A stretch of DNA of 64,000 nt from a virus (Duplodnaviria; Caudoviricetes). Below are positions 1 to 10,245 of this stretch, in pieces. Made by a program: the position numbers and the translations under genes. Below the pieces are notes generated by a model. The model had not been told where the DNA came from and did no database searches. It saw only the letters and a list, made by a program, of their open reading frames with translations. How positions within the stretch are numbered: the first letter of the stretch is position 1; each line of letters starts with the position of its first letter. Location of the stretch: positions 64,001-128,000 of IMG/VR virus record IMGVR_UViG_3300021426_000063. One strand, written 5' to 3'.

Positions 1-459
1 GAGTTGCTGGAGTTTTACATGTCCAGACTCATCTACTGTACCTGCTGCTCTTGAAGAGATATTCAGAGGAATTCCATCTCTTACAAGTGCCTGTGCTTCC
101 TTACCAGCTGTGGTGTTAAGGAGTCTAATCTTACCAACAATTGCATTCTGCTGTGGATCAAATTCAAGACTTTCAACAACATGTGAAACATTACCAAGTG
201 AGATTTCAAATCCATGTGGATGATCCAACTCACCAAGAAGTCTCTTACTCTCAATCTGCTCTCTCAAAGCTTCAACATGTGGAAGGAAATCAGCAGACTC
301 ATAGATTCTACCATTACGGTTTTTTGTATTGAATGATGTGAAAAGTCCAGTTAATACAATAGAATCGCTGTGTTCATTGTTTTCATTCAATGTCTGTTCC
401 ACTGAATAATCAAGTGGGGCATTAGAGCGTTCTACTATCAATAGTTTCTTCTCTTTCAT
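1..459 (-). CDS. Prohead core protease (T4 gp21-like), runs off window start
   Basis: Manual translation (absent from ORF track): MKEKKLLIVERS...NTKNRNGRIYE...LLGELDHPH...IVGKIRLLNT.AG...NISSRAAG, containing the gp21 motifs NxNGRxY, GELxHP and SSRxxG; directly downstream of the portal. Confidence 0.93.
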   Translation of the reverse strand, partial: MKEKKLLIVERSNAPLDYSVEQTLNENNEHSDSIVLTGLFTSFNTKNRNGRIYESADFLPHVEALREQIESKRLLGELDHPHGFEISLGNVSHVVESLEFDPQQNAIVGKIRLLNTTAGKEAQALVRDGIPLNISSRAAGTVDESGHVKLQQL

Positions 460-494
460 TTTTAATGAATTTTCTTGTATATAATTTTATATGG

Positions 495-502
495 TATTTA
501 TG
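495..502 (-). promoter_or_regulatory. Late promoter CATAAATA (representative; other minus-strand copies at 2280, 5750, 8718, 14342, 19223, 28704, 32523, 36136, 45295)
   Basis: Identical 8-mer upstream of structural genes; one base from the T4 late promoter TATAAATA. Confidence 0.85.
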
Positions 503-523
503 AAAAATATTTTTTACTAATTT

Positions 524-2242
524 TTAAAGTCCTGCAAGAGGGTTTCTTCCACCACCACCATTGTCTTCTTCCTTCTCTTCATTCTCTTTCTTTTTCTTCT
601 TGTCAGGTTCAAAATCAGATTTTGGAGCACCATCAAGAATCTTAGCAATGTCCTCTTGCTTGTAACCTTCCTTCTTGAGTTTCTTCTCATCTTTATATCT
701 CTGGTTGAGTTGAAGTTTCTCATCACTCAATCCAAGATACTCACGGACCATAAAGTCAATATCAAAATAAGGGGTTTCATTACCTTCATCATCAGTAACA
801 ACAATAGAACCCATAATAGATGAGATGAAGTCGGCCTTCTTCTGGAGAAGTTCAATCTCTTTGTTCTCTTCAAAGACAGAATCCTTGTTGTATTCAAGAC
901 CAAGGTTCACACGGAAGTTCATATCTGTCATGATGTTCTTGTGTTTCAAGCACATCTGGAGATATGTAGGTTTGATAAGGATTTCAGAGAAGATTGCTCT
1001 CAATCTACCAATGAACTTACTGAATCTGATTTCCTCCCTGGCAATACCTTCAGCACTCATAGTGTACTGACCTTCACCCTGTTCCTTCTCAAACCTGGTG
1101 AAAGGAATCTTTGATGCCTGACGGAGTTTATCCCTGAAGTATCTCAATGCCTCTGTATCAGAAATCTCTGGACCATCATTACCAATGTTCTGAATCTGTG
1201 GAGTCTCACCACCCTCTGATGCCATAAAGATGTCCTTATAGAACTGCAACATTGGTCTACCATTGGTCTTAATCTCACCAGAATCCCAGTCAAAATCAAC
1301 CAACTCCTTATAGTTTGCCATTGCCTGAGCCAAGGTCTGACGACCTCTTGGTGATTGTACAGAACCAACAGGAATGATATACTGTGTCTTATATGAAGCA
1401 TTGGTAACAGCCCAGATGATACGGGTTGCCTCCATAGTCCTTAAAATATTGAATGACCTGATAAGTCTTTCAACATAAGATATCCTGGAAACAGTGTCTG
1501 CCTTTGCATAAGAAAGGTAAATAATCTGGGAATCATAAAGAATCCTGTCCTGTGTGGTCTGGCCATTGATACCAACTCTCTGGTTGACAAACCAGATTTT
1601 CTCATTGGTGTTAGGGTCAATACCAGGAGTAAGACAGGCAGGATCCAACTCAATGAAACCAATAATCTCTGTTTGGTCTTCATTGTAAACAATTTCAAAT
1701 GCAAGGAAACCATCAATCAACCATTTCCTGAAATAATCAGTTGCCTGGACAGTATCATAGAATCCAAAATAATTGTAAATCTTATTATACTCATCTGCAA
1801 ACTCATCAAGGATGGCCTGGTCTGCCTTGTAGTTGAGCTTTATATTTGCGAACTTGTTCGCACCGTCAAACACAATACTCTCCTCACAGATAATATCAAG
1901 TATTTCCTCAATTTCATCCTGTAAGGCAAACCTTCTCAACTGTTCCTTTTTCTTCTGATAGTTCTCCTCTGAAAGATTGAAATAACCCTTTGAGATAGTA
2001 GGGTCAGTTGCAGACATCCTTGCAAAAAGAACCTGTATATTCTCATCATTGATTGAACCAACCTGACCAGTCACAGGATTAGTCTGTAACTGGGCAGTCT
2101 GTAAATCAAGGTTCATGGAACGAACATTCTTGATGACATCATCCTTATAGTTCATTCCAAAACTTGACAAACTTCTCAACATCCTTGTTACAGGATTGGG
2201 ATTACTAGTATTATTTCTATTTGTATTTGTAAAACCAGCCAT
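524..2242 (-). CDS. Portal protein (T4 gp20-like)
   Basis: FRKWLIDG, SYVERLIRSFNILRTME, YFRDKLRQASKIPFTRF and REEIRFSKFIGRLR match the gp20 pattern; next to the protease. Confidence 0.93.
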   Translation of the reverse strand: MAGFTNTNRNNTSNPNPVTRMLRSLSSFGMNYKDDVIKNVRSMNLDLQTAQLQTNPVTGQVGSINDENIQVLFARMSATDPTISKGYFNLSEENYQKKKEQLRRFALQDEIEEILDIICEESIVFDGANKFANIKLNYKADQAILDEFADEYNKIYNYFGFYDTVQATDYFRKWLIDGFLAFEIVYNEDQTEIIGFIELDPACLTPGIDPNTNEKIWFVNQRVGINGQTTQDRILYDSQIIYLSYAKADTVSRISYVERLIRSFNILRTMEATRIIWAVTNASYKTQYIIPVGSVQSPRGRQTLAQAMANYKELVDFDWDSGEIKTNGRPMLQFYKDIFMASEGGETPQIQNIGNDGPEISDTEALRYFRDKLRQASKIPFTRFEKEQGEGQYTMSAEGIAREEIRFSKFIGRLRAIFSEILIKPTYLQMCLKHKNIMTDMNFRVNLGLEYNKDSVFEENKEIELLQKKADFISSIMGSIVVTDDEGNETPYFDIDFMVREYLGLSDEKLQLNQRYKDEKKLKKEGYKQEDIAKILDGAPKSDFEPDKKKKKENEEKEEDNGGGGRNPLAGL

Positions 2243-2299
2243 AAAAAGTCTGTATTTAAATAAATTACACTATTCTATATATTTATGTTTATCTTGTAA

Positions 2300-5077
2300 T
2301 TAAACAGAACCAATTGTATAAGTTAAAGTAGAGGCATCACTAAAACGTAAAATAATCTCTAAATCAGCAACGATATCTCCCAAAAGAGAAACACTACCAG
2401 GATTACCCTCAAAAACACCATTTCCAGAAAACATTTTAACATTACTATTTCTTATAAAATCTGTCACAGATGATGTTATATCAGATGAATGTGTGGCAAA
2501 TTTTACATGTGCACTTATTTGTGATAATTTTCCATATTTTGAACCACCAATCCAAATATCTTCTTGCAGTTGAGAAATTGTTATATGAACATCATCTATG
2601 ACATATCTTTCAGCAGATGATGAAGATAATGTACCAGAAGAATATGTTTCAGGTGATATTACATAAATTGATTCAATACAATTTGCATTACTATAATTGG
2701 TACTTGAAAATGAATTGGTTTGTACACCTTGTTTATTTCCAGGATACCAAGATACTGAACTATCAGTTACTATATTATATATCAACTTATAAATATTATC
2801 ATTTAAAGTTAAAGAATTTACATTAGCATCACTAATTGTTGATGTCATATAATATACTGTTCCTGAATATAACAATGCTTTAAATACAGAAGCATTAAAT
2901 TCTGTAATATTGATTTTAGAAGAACTGTTTTGAATATATCTGCTATTTGGGTCAAAACCATATAATGTTTTTACATTTCCACTTGAATCAGCAAGACCTT
3001 CATTAATCAATATTGGTTTCATCTTATTGATACTTGTTATATCAGTTGTTCCATAATCAAATCCAAACTTGTATCTTGCACTTGATGATGAAGATGATAT
3101 TTGTGATGACATAAACACCTGGAATGCCTTTGAATTATAGGTTCCATTGATCACGGGAGCACCGGTGTTTATGCCATACTGTTTGTAATAGCCGGTGTTC
3201 CTGTTAGAAAAAAAAAGGTTTGAAGATGTAGTGTTAATTGTTCCTGTTACCCAAGTTGCAGGAGTTAAATAATATGTTTCAATTTCATTACCTCCTGGAG
3301 ATTTATAGTCAAAACATAAAGCTGGAACATTTTTAAGATATTTCTTTCCATCTTCTTCTTCGGCCTTTTCATACAATTCAGAATTGGTATCTGTAATTTC
3401 AAATTTATCAATTATTTTAATATAAATTTTAGAATTATGTTCAGATGATTCTATAGAAAAATCTGTAGAATTTATTGTTGTTGTTCTTTTAATGTTAGAT
3501 ACACTATCTGTATTTTCTGCTCTAAATGAATTTGCTGTTATTGTACCAGATATTTCAGCATCTGTAGCAATAAGTTTTCCACTCTTATAAACTCTAAATT
3601 TTGCATTTTCTCTATCATTAAAATTATCACATCCAGCAAAAAATCTCAAATTATCAGCAGAATTATCTGCCCCCATCATACCAGCAGTAGTATTTCCCTT
3701 TGAAGAACCAACAAAAATATTACCAGCAAGCAATAAACCATTTTCACCTTCAATTTTACTAAATGCATCTGTTAACCATTTATCATCATATGGTTCTTGG
3801 TCAGAATCTCCTCCACCACCATTTTCATCCCAACCTTCATCATGTCCAACACCTTTAATGAAGTCCTTTAAAGATTTATTTCCTCCTGTTCCTTCAATTG
3901 TCAATGAAGTTGCAGTAATCTTACCCCTAACTTCAACTCCACCCTCACCATCTGTATTAACTTTGAAATTAGGAGAATCTATTGTAATATTATCTGTTGC
4001 TGATATCTCACAGTTTTCAGAATTCAATCTTAATTTATGATTGGCATCAAGTATAATCTGGTCGGCATTCAAATGAATACCAGAACCATACTGATTTGCC
4101 CAGGATGTGATAGATGCTTTAATCTCTTCACCATGCTCACCAAATGCCTTATTAATAATTTCAGTTTCAGAATATCCATCACCAACAGATACAACAATTG
4201 TTGCAACCTCTGTTGCAATAGTCTTGAATACTTTTTTACAAACAGTCATAAAAACCTTATATGCCTTATCATATGCCATAAGTTTAAGACAGTTTTTCTC
4301 ATAGTATTGATCATCTTCTGGCCAATGAATAAATGGTTCTTCATCTTCACCACAAGGGAAATATTCTTTAAGTTCTTCTTGATCTGTTATATTCTCAAAT
4401 GTTTCAAGTATATCATCCTGTTCTTTTGATGTTAAACCACTATACAAAAAATCTTCAAGTGATTTAAATAATGAATGTGCTTCAACCTCTGGATCACTTG
4501 AAACTGTATTTTCTCTTGAAGTTGAATTGTTATAATCACCAAGTTCACCAGTATTGTAAACAAGATACTCCTGATTCTCATTTTTTTCATATACTGTATA
4601 GAACTTATTATTTGCAGCAGCAATAGTAACACTACCAAATTTATCACCAGATTGCTGATAAATCATAGTTTGGTTTATTCTTGAATCAAGATCTTCAAAT
4701 TTATCATTAACTTCTGATGTATAACCATCCAAATATTCATCAACATATACATTAGATAACTTCTGAATGGTATTAGACAAAATACCTTCAGTATTCCTTA
4801 ATGCATTATCAACCATAGCCTGAATATCACTCTGTGTAGGCATACGGTTAACCTTATCAGACAATCCATTAATGATTCTTGAAACATCAATGTTCCTCAA
4901 ATCAACAACCTGCTTTAATCCTTCTATTTCTTCCTTAATACTCTTGATATAACTGTCCCATTTATATCTGTCTTGTTCATCCTGTTCTGCAAGAATCCTG
5001 AAATTATCATTGATTTTATGCATTGACTCAGATATAATGTCAGAGCCTTCAAGTTCTATGATTGTATTATTCTTCAT
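2300..5077 (-). CDS. Large putative virion protein (tail fibre/baseplate-associated-like)
   Basis: 925 aa; coiled-coil N-terminus, Gly-rich beta segments (FRVYKSGKLIATDAEISGTITA) typical of tail proteins, Ser/Thr/Asn-rich C-terminus. Confidence 0.5.
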   Translation of the reverse strand: MKNNTIIELEGSDIISESMHKINDNFRILAEQDEQDRYKWDSYIKSIKEEIEGLKQVVDLRNIDVSRIINGLSDKVNRMPTQSDIQAMVDNALRNTEGILSNTIQKLSNVYVDEYLDGYTSEVNDKFEDLDSRINQTMIYQQSGDKFGSVTIAAANNKFYTVYEKNENQEYLVYNTGELGDYNNSTSRENTVSSDPEVEAHSLFKSLEDFLYSGLTSKEQDDILETFENITDQEELKEYFPCGEDEEPFIHWPEDDQYYEKNCLKLMAYDKAYKVFMTVCKKVFKTIATEVATIVVSVGDGYSETEIINKAFGEHGEEIKASITSWANQYGSGIHLNADQIILDANHKLRLNSENCEISATDNITIDSPNFKVNTDGEGGVEVRGKITATSLTIEGTGGNKSLKDFIKGVGHDEGWDENGGGGDSDQEPYDDKWLTDAFSKIEGENGLLLAGNIFVGSSKGNTTAGMMGADNSADNLRFFAGCDNFNDRENAKFRVYKSGKLIATDAEISGTITANSFRAENTDSVSNIKRTTTINSTDFSIESSEHNSKIYIKIIDKFEITDTNSELYEKAEEEDGKKYLKNVPALCFDYKSPGGNEIETYYLTPATWVTGTINTTSSNLFFSNRNTGYYKQYGINTGAPVINGTYNSKAFQVFMSSQISSSSSSARYKFGFDYGTTDITSINKMKPILINEGLADSSGNVKTLYGFDPNSRYIQNSSSKINITEFNASVFKALLYSGTVYYMTSTISDANVNSLTLNDNIYKLIYNIVTDSSVSWYPGNKQGVQTNSFSSTNYSNANCIESIYVISPETYSSGTLSSSSAERYVIDDVHITISQLQEDIWIGGSKYGKLSQISAHVKFATHSSDITSSVTDFIRNSNVKMFSGNGVFEGNPGSVSLLGDIVADLEIILRFSDASTLTYTIGSV

Positions 5078-5118
5078 AATTATTGATTATCTTCTTTATT
5101 ACAAATTTATTAAAGTTA

Positions 5119-5421
5119 TTAAGCACTTCGTACCCAACTATACTCAACTGTATTTCCAGTTTTTCTTGCTTTTAAGATATAATTTCCATCTTCATTTGGC
5201 ATATCTGCACCAAGCATGGCAATATATTCAGACCTCAATTTATTGAGTGCTGAATTGAATGATACTTTCATATCATTAATTTCTTTATTTTTCTGATCAA
5301 TAGCATCTTCTAACTCATTAATTTTATTAACAAGTGCCCCTATATCTTGATTATAATATCCTGGAAATTCTTTAATTGGTGTTCCAGGTGTAATTTCTTC
5401 AAATGGATTACGTTCTGCCAT
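5119..5421 (-). CDS. Hypothetical coiled-coil protein
   Basis: 100-aa ORF co-oriented within the late operon. Confidence 0.7.
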   Translation of the reverse strand: MAERNPFEEITPGTPIKEFPGYYNQDIGALVNKINELEDAIDQKNKEINDMKVSFNSALNKLRSEYIAMLGADMPNEDGNYILKARKTGNTVEYSWVRSA

Positions 5422-5432
5422 AATATCTAAAT

Positions 5433-5726
5433 TTAACTCTTATATCCAATATATGCTGCAACAGCAGATGTGAATGCTCTACTGTTCAATAAATCATAAA
5501 GAATGCCTGTTGTTATACCAAGTGCTTTACAGATTGCCCTACCAATCATAGGTCCAATGGATGCGCCGGCAACACCACCAACAAGAGAACCAAAAAGTCC
5601 CTCATCAACCTCTTCACCATTCTTAATCTTTTCAGCAATAACCTCTGCTGCTTCATTTATCATCTTTTCCTGTGATTCATCCAACTGAATATCCTCACTG
5701 AAAAACTCTTCATATTTCTGTATCAT
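5433..5726 (-). CDS. Small glycine-zipper protein with capsid-targeting-like leader
   Basis: Start moved to MIQKYEEFF, downstream of the late promoter at 5750-5757; C-half GLFGSLVGGVAGASIGPMIG. Confidence 0.7.
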   Translation of the reverse strand: MIQKYEEFFSEDIQLDESQEKMINEAAEVIAEKIKNGEEVDEGLFGSLVGGVAGASIGPMIGRAICKALGITTGILYDLLNSRAFTSAVAAYIGYKS

Positions 5727-5764
5727 ACTCTTATAGATATAGTATATAGTATTTATGAGAAACA

Positions 5765-5797
5765 AAAAAGAGAGGGTAGTTTCCTACTCTCTCTTTT
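5765..5797 (-). terminator. Intrinsic terminator after tail sheath
   Basis: AAAAAGAGAGGGTAG-TTTC-CTACTCTCTCTTTT. Confidence 0.8.
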
Positions 5798-5815
5798 ATT
5801 ATTGTTTGTGATTGA

Positions 5816-8689
5816 TTATTCATCAAATCCACCTGCTGCAATAGCACCAGTCTTGAGGATTGTGAGTCTCTGAGCAATGATTTCAAGACCACGAACAATC
5901 TCAACATAGATATCAATAACACCCATATTGTGGTCAATAACCTCTGCTGTGTTATTGGTTGTATCCATTACTGTTCTGAAATCATAAAGGCCACCATTGT
6001 GCTTCATATTATTAAGGAACTCATCAACAAGAGTCTTGATTTCAAGTCTTGTCTGTGGAGTATTGAACTCAAAGACATACTTTCTCAAGATTTCCTCAAC
6101 GCCATCCTGGATGTAGATAGCAGCCTCACGGACATGTGCAGAAGAAAGTGCTGAAACAGGAGTCTGTTTTGCAGTCTTGTTAGCATATACCTCAACACCA
6201 ACACCAGGTTCCCAGATAATAGAGTTGATACCCATTGGTTCAAGCCAGTCTCTGTTGTCAGATACAAGTGTTGCTTCAACACCAACAACCTGGTTACCAG
6301 AGATGACACCCCTCTTCTGACCAGCAACAATTGACCAAGCAAATCCTCTACTGTACTTCTGGATATAAAGGTTAGATACATATGCTGCTGGTGGTACTGA
6401 CTTAGGAGCACTCAAATCAGTAATCCTCAAGTATGGATAGTAGTAAGCACCCCAAGATGCACCATTCTCAATCTTTGGAAGTGAGAACAAGAATGAAGGA
6501 TTCTTTGAAAGGTCACCACCCTTTGCAATAAACTCAACCTCTACACCACCACTCTTATTTACAAATGAAGGATCCAAACTCTTCTTGAAGTCAAGCTGTG
6601 AAGGACAGTTAACAATTGCGAATGCACTCTTCCTACCCTTACACAACTGGGTGTAAACCTTCTTACATTCCTCTTCAAGACCAAGACCGAAGGTATCAAC
6701 AACATATCTGAATCTGATATAATCCCTGTCAATAAGGGCTTTGTAAAGATTAGATACAGTTGAAGTGAATTCAGGATTCTCTCTAATCATATCAAGAATC
6801 ATATTCTGACGCTCATTTGTACCATCAGGTGTTGCTTCCTTTCTTACCTGGAAACCATTGAGACATACCCACTGGAGTCTGTCAGCAATCTTATCCATAG
6901 GTGTAACCTTGATGATGGTGTTATCCATTGTACTGTGAGCAGTCTTATAAACCTTATCTGCACATACAACAAGGATACCTGCCTTTGTAGCAGTCTTTGT
7001 ACACTTACCTGTTACAGGATCCTTTACTGCATCACCATTGTATACATTCTTTACCTCAACAACTCTTGTAAGTCTTGAATGTCTTTCACCCTGTTCATCC
7101 TTATAGGTATCTGAAAGGAGATAATCACCAACAACTACATTTGAAAGTCTGTCAAGAATAACCTCATTGTCTCTTTCAACATAAGGTTTGTTGTTATTTG
7201 CATCCAAATACAAATCATCTGGTGTATTAAATACAAACTCTGTCACCAAAGGTTTTACATCCTTTACAATCTCACTTACTGTACCAATCTCATCAAGTTC
7301 ACTGCCGGCATCAGAATTTGCATAAAGTTTGGCACCAACTGTGAGATATGAAGAATCAGAGTAAACTATCTCTTCTGGATTTGAATCACCTTCTGTAACC
7401 TTCACCCAAGCGAATGGATGTGTAGAAGTATTATCAGCATCAGCATCAAGCTTCTTTTCATATTCATCCGCACCAACCTTTACAACCTGTGCTTCATTCT
7501 TATACTTGAAGTTATAACCCAAGAAGTCAAAAGTAAGTTCATTAGGAATAACAGTTGAATCATCTGAACCAATAACCATATCACAGATACTGTGACCAAT
7601 AAGGTCAATATTCTCATCAATGAAATCTGTATCAAGATTTACATCTTCAAGAAGATTTACATTCTCTGTACATATAAGACCAATTGTATCAACATCATCA
7701 TTAACCAACTTCTGAATCCAGATGTTCCTACCAAGTTTGTCAACAAAGTTAGGAATCAATGAACCAACATACTTTGCACGGAGGTCAACTGATGGAAGGT
7801 TCAAGAACTTTGTAAGATTTGCATCATCAGTACCTCTGATGAAACCATTCTCATCAAAGAATGACTGATAGATGATGTCTGAAGAGAATCTCTTGTAAGG
7901 TTCAGAAGTAACAGTGTACTTGGTGAGTGCATCACCATTCTGTTCCTGGTTGTCATCATCAAAATCAATACCAGAATAAATTGTACTCTTTGTAAGTGCT
8001 GGACCAAAGTCACCACCTACAACATAAACCTCTACAAGATAATCACTTACATATGAACTACCATTGAGATATTCAGGGACATTACCTTCACCATACCATT
8101 CATTAAGTGTAAGTTGATAACCCTTTGAAGAATAATCACTAGCCTTCTTTACCAAGATAGAAACTGGTTTCTTACCTACATTTGAGAAGTGAAGAATACT
8201 CTCATTCCACTTTGAGTCATCACTTGCTGAACCAAGACAGGTATCAATAGCATCAAGGAATGCCTCATCACTTGCATACCAGAACTTATCTGTATTATAC
8301 AATGACTGTAATGGGAGAGTAACAGATGGTTTGTTCTTATCACCTGAATTGATTGAGAATGACTTCTCAACAACCTGGTCAAGATCAGGGTCAAGATTCA
8401 AGAGATTCAAACAAAGGATTGGACCTGCACTCAATGCAACCAATGCACTTCTATGGAAGAATGAACCCTTCTTCTCCAAAGAACGGTCAATGTTTCCATA
8501 CAACTTGATAAACTGGGCAGGAGATGTAACCAATTTGACTGTATTGAATGGACCAGTCTTACTAAAACCTACAACCAATCTAACATTAGACAAAGTTGTA
8601 ATACTATCATTTGAAATTTCAGACTTATCTCTCTCAAAACGATAAGTACCAGCTGATTTCAAATTAATCAATTCTGCATCTAAAGCCAT
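5816..8689 (-). CDS. Tail sheath protein (T4 gp18-like)
   Basis: AGTYRFERD N-terminus, VGFSKTGPFN, YYPYL...VPPAAYV, AGQKRG, FEFNTPQTR, NTAEVIDHN. Confidence 0.95.
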   Translation of the reverse strand: MALDAELINLKSAGTYRFERDKSEISNDSITTLSNVRLVVGFSKTGPFNTVKLVTSPAQFIKLYGNIDRSLEKKGSFFHRSALVALSAGPILCLNLLNLDPDLDQVVEKSFSINSGDKNKPSVTLPLQSLYNTDKFWYASDEAFLDAIDTCLGSASDDSKWNESILHFSNVGKKPVSILVKKASDYSSKGYQLTLNEWYGEGNVPEYLNGSSYVSDYLVEVYVVGGDFGPALTKSTIYSGIDFDDDNQEQNGDALTKYTVTSEPYKRFSSDIIYQSFFDENGFIRGTDDANLTKFLNLPSVDLRAKYVGSLIPNFVDKLGRNIWIQKLVNDDVDTIGLICTENVNLLEDVNLDTDFIDENIDLIGHSICDMVIGSDDSTVIPNELTFDFLGYNFKYKNEAQVVKVGADEYEKKLDADADNTSTHPFAWVKVTEGDSNPEEIVYSDSSYLTVGAKLYANSDAGSELDEIGTVSEIVKDVKPLVTEFVFNTPDDLYLDANNNKPYVERDNEVILDRLSNVVVGDYLLSDTYKDEQGERHSRLTRVVEVKNVYNGDAVKDPVTGKCTKTATKAGILVVCADKVYKTAHSTMDNTIIKVTPMDKIADRLQWVCLNGFQVRKEATPDGTNERQNMILDMIRENPEFTSTVSNLYKALIDRDYIRFRYVVDTFGLGLEEECKKVYTQLCKGRKSAFAIVNCPSQLDFKKSLDPSFVNKSGGVEVEFIAKGGDLSKNPSFLFSLPKIENGASWGAYYYPYLRITDLSAPKSVPPAAYVSNLYIQKYSRGFAWSIVAGQKRGVISGNQVVGVEATLVSDNRDWLEPMGINSIIWEPGVGVEVYANKTAKQTPVSALSSAHVREAAIYIQDGVEEILRKYVFEFNTPQTRLEIKTLVDEFLNNMKHNGGLYDFRTVMDTTNNTAEVIDHNMGVIDIYVEIVRGLEIIAQRLTILKTGAIAAGGFDE

Positions 8690-8774
8690 AATTTTCTTTT
8701 TTTATTGTATTATATGGTATTTATGAAAAAAGTTTTTTAATGTGAGGGGTCATCATACCATCATATTTGAATTT

Positions 8775-8782
8775 CATAAATA
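8775..8782 (+). promoter_or_regulatory. Late promoter CATAAATA (representative; other plus-strand copies at 23820, 39548, 50685, 52115, 53840, 56520, 58229, 63120)
   Basis: Same 8-mer, always oriented toward the downstream gene. Confidence 0.85.
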
Positions 8783-8841
8783 ATGTATGAATGAAGGCGG
8801 AGTCTTCATTTAGATATAAAAAATAAAATAACAACAAAGAT

Positions 8842-9426
8842 ATGGCACTTAGTCACTTTAAAAATTCACATGCCGCTGTTAATAAGTGGGAAGTTGTGAA
8901 TCCTGCCTTGTTTGAGGTTACTATTCTTCCTCCAACACTTGATGGTGAACAGGATGACCTTACAACACAGCTTCTCCTTGAGCATGTTAGATCAGTTTCT
9001 GGTCTTGATGGACTTAATCCAGCAATGGGTACAGTTATCCAGAAATACAAGCAAGCTGAAAGGGTTTACCTTGGTGTTCCTGAAACCACTCACCTTGAGT
9101 TGGCAATGACCTTCTCCTTGAACCTCAATGATTCAAATGAGAACTACATCTACACCACTCTCCGTAAATGGTACAACAGGGCATTCAACCCAGCAACCGG
9201 TGCATATGGTCTCAAAAAAGATTACTGTGGTTCAATGGTAATTGTTGAGTACAACCGTGATGGTTCAATCTGGAGAAAGACTACTTGTATCAATGTAATA
9301 CCTGGACAGCCAACTGGTATGAATGACAGGAACTATGATTCTGGTAATGAGGCCAATGAAATTACTATGACCTTCCAAGCAGACTGCTGGGATGATCAAA
9401 CTGTTGGACTTCCTGTCTATGAATAA
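8842..9426 (+). CDS. Tail tube protein (T4 gp19-like)
   Basis: 194 aa, divergent from the sheath gene; LRKWYN...TG..GLKKDY and ITMTFQADCW pattern. Confidence 0.8.
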   Translation: MALSHFKNSHAAVNKWEVVNPALFEVTILPPTLDGEQDDLTTQLLLEHVRSVSGLDGLNPAMGTVIQKYKQAERVYLGVPETTHLELAMTFSLNLNDSNENYIYTTLRKWYNRAFNPATGAYGLKKDYCGSMVIVEYNRDGSIWRKTTCINVIPGQPTGMNDRNYDSGNEANEITMTFQADCWDDQTVGLPVYE

Positions 9427-9461
9427 AAAAATGAGTGGGACAACTGTCTCACTCATTTTTT
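9425..9461 (+). terminator. Intrinsic terminator after tail tube
   Basis: ATGAGTGGGACA-AC-TGTCTCACTCAT followed by a T run. Confidence 0.8.
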
Positions 9462-9485
9462 ATATATCTAAAATAGTTATTTTAT

Positions 9486-10211
9486 ATGCCCAAAAAGAAA
9501 AAATCTGATGATCAACTAATACCTGAATTGATGGTAGATAAAAATCCAATCACTCTTCTACCACTTAAATGCAGGAATCCAAAACAAAAACATTTTTTGA
9601 GTGAAATTAGAAATCATGATATTACAATATGTGATGGAATAGCAGGGTCTGGAAAAACTTACATAGCACTTTATGAAGGACTATTAGGTGTACTTGCAAA
9701 AAGATTTGACAAATTAGTCTTATGTAAATCAGTAATATCAACCCCAAATGAAGACATCGGATTCATCCCTGGAACAATAGAAGAAAAAATGGAACCACAC
9801 ATAATGTCCTACAAAGGAAATATGAAAAAGATGGTTAAGAATGAGGGAGATGTCGAGAGGTTGTTCAAGGAAAAGAAAGTAGAAGTTCTACCACTTGCAT
9901 ATATAAGAGGTGTTACACTTGACAAAGCTTACATCATTATTGATGAATCACAGAACATCACAATGAATCTTTTTAAATCAATAATTACAAGAATTGGTGA
10001 TGACAGTAAGATGATATTCCTTGGTGATATTGAACAGGTTGATTTTGACCAGGAAAAGAAAAGGAAACTATCAGCATTACAACATATCATAGATATCTTC
10101 AAAGAAGAAGATTATATTGGATACTGTCATTTCAATGATGATGAGGTAGTAAGAAACCCAATTATACCAAAAGTAATTAAGAAGTTAAGAGATTGGAATG
10201 ATAAAAAATAA
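9486..10211 (+). CDS. phoH: PhoH-family ATPase
   Basis: GIAGSGKT, GFIPGTIEEK, LAYIRG, IIDESQN, TRIG, GDIEQ. Confidence 0.95.
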   Translation: MPKKKKSDDQLIPELMVDKNPITLLPLKCRNPKQKHFLSEIRNHDITICDGIAGSGKTYIALYEGLLGVLAKRFDKLVLCKSVISTPNEDIGFIPGTIEEKMEPHIMSYKGNMKKMVKNEGDVERLFKEKKVEVLPLAYIRGVTLDKAYIIIDESQNITMNLFKSIITRIGDDSKMIFLGDIEQVDFDQEKKRKLSALQHIIDIFKEEDYIGYCHFNDDEVVRNPIIPKVIKKLRDWNDKK

Positions 10212-10212
10212 G

Positions 10213-10243
10213 AAAAGAGGAAGGTTTGATACCTTCCTCTTTT
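10213..10243. terminator. Bidirectional terminator between phoH and the vWA gene
   Basis: AAAAGAGGAAGGT-TTGAT-ACCTTCCTCTTTT. Confidence 0.85.
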
Positions 10244-10245
10244 GT

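Noticed and set aside
141-332. 63-aa plus-strand ORF
   Set aside because: Antisense to the prohead protease gene
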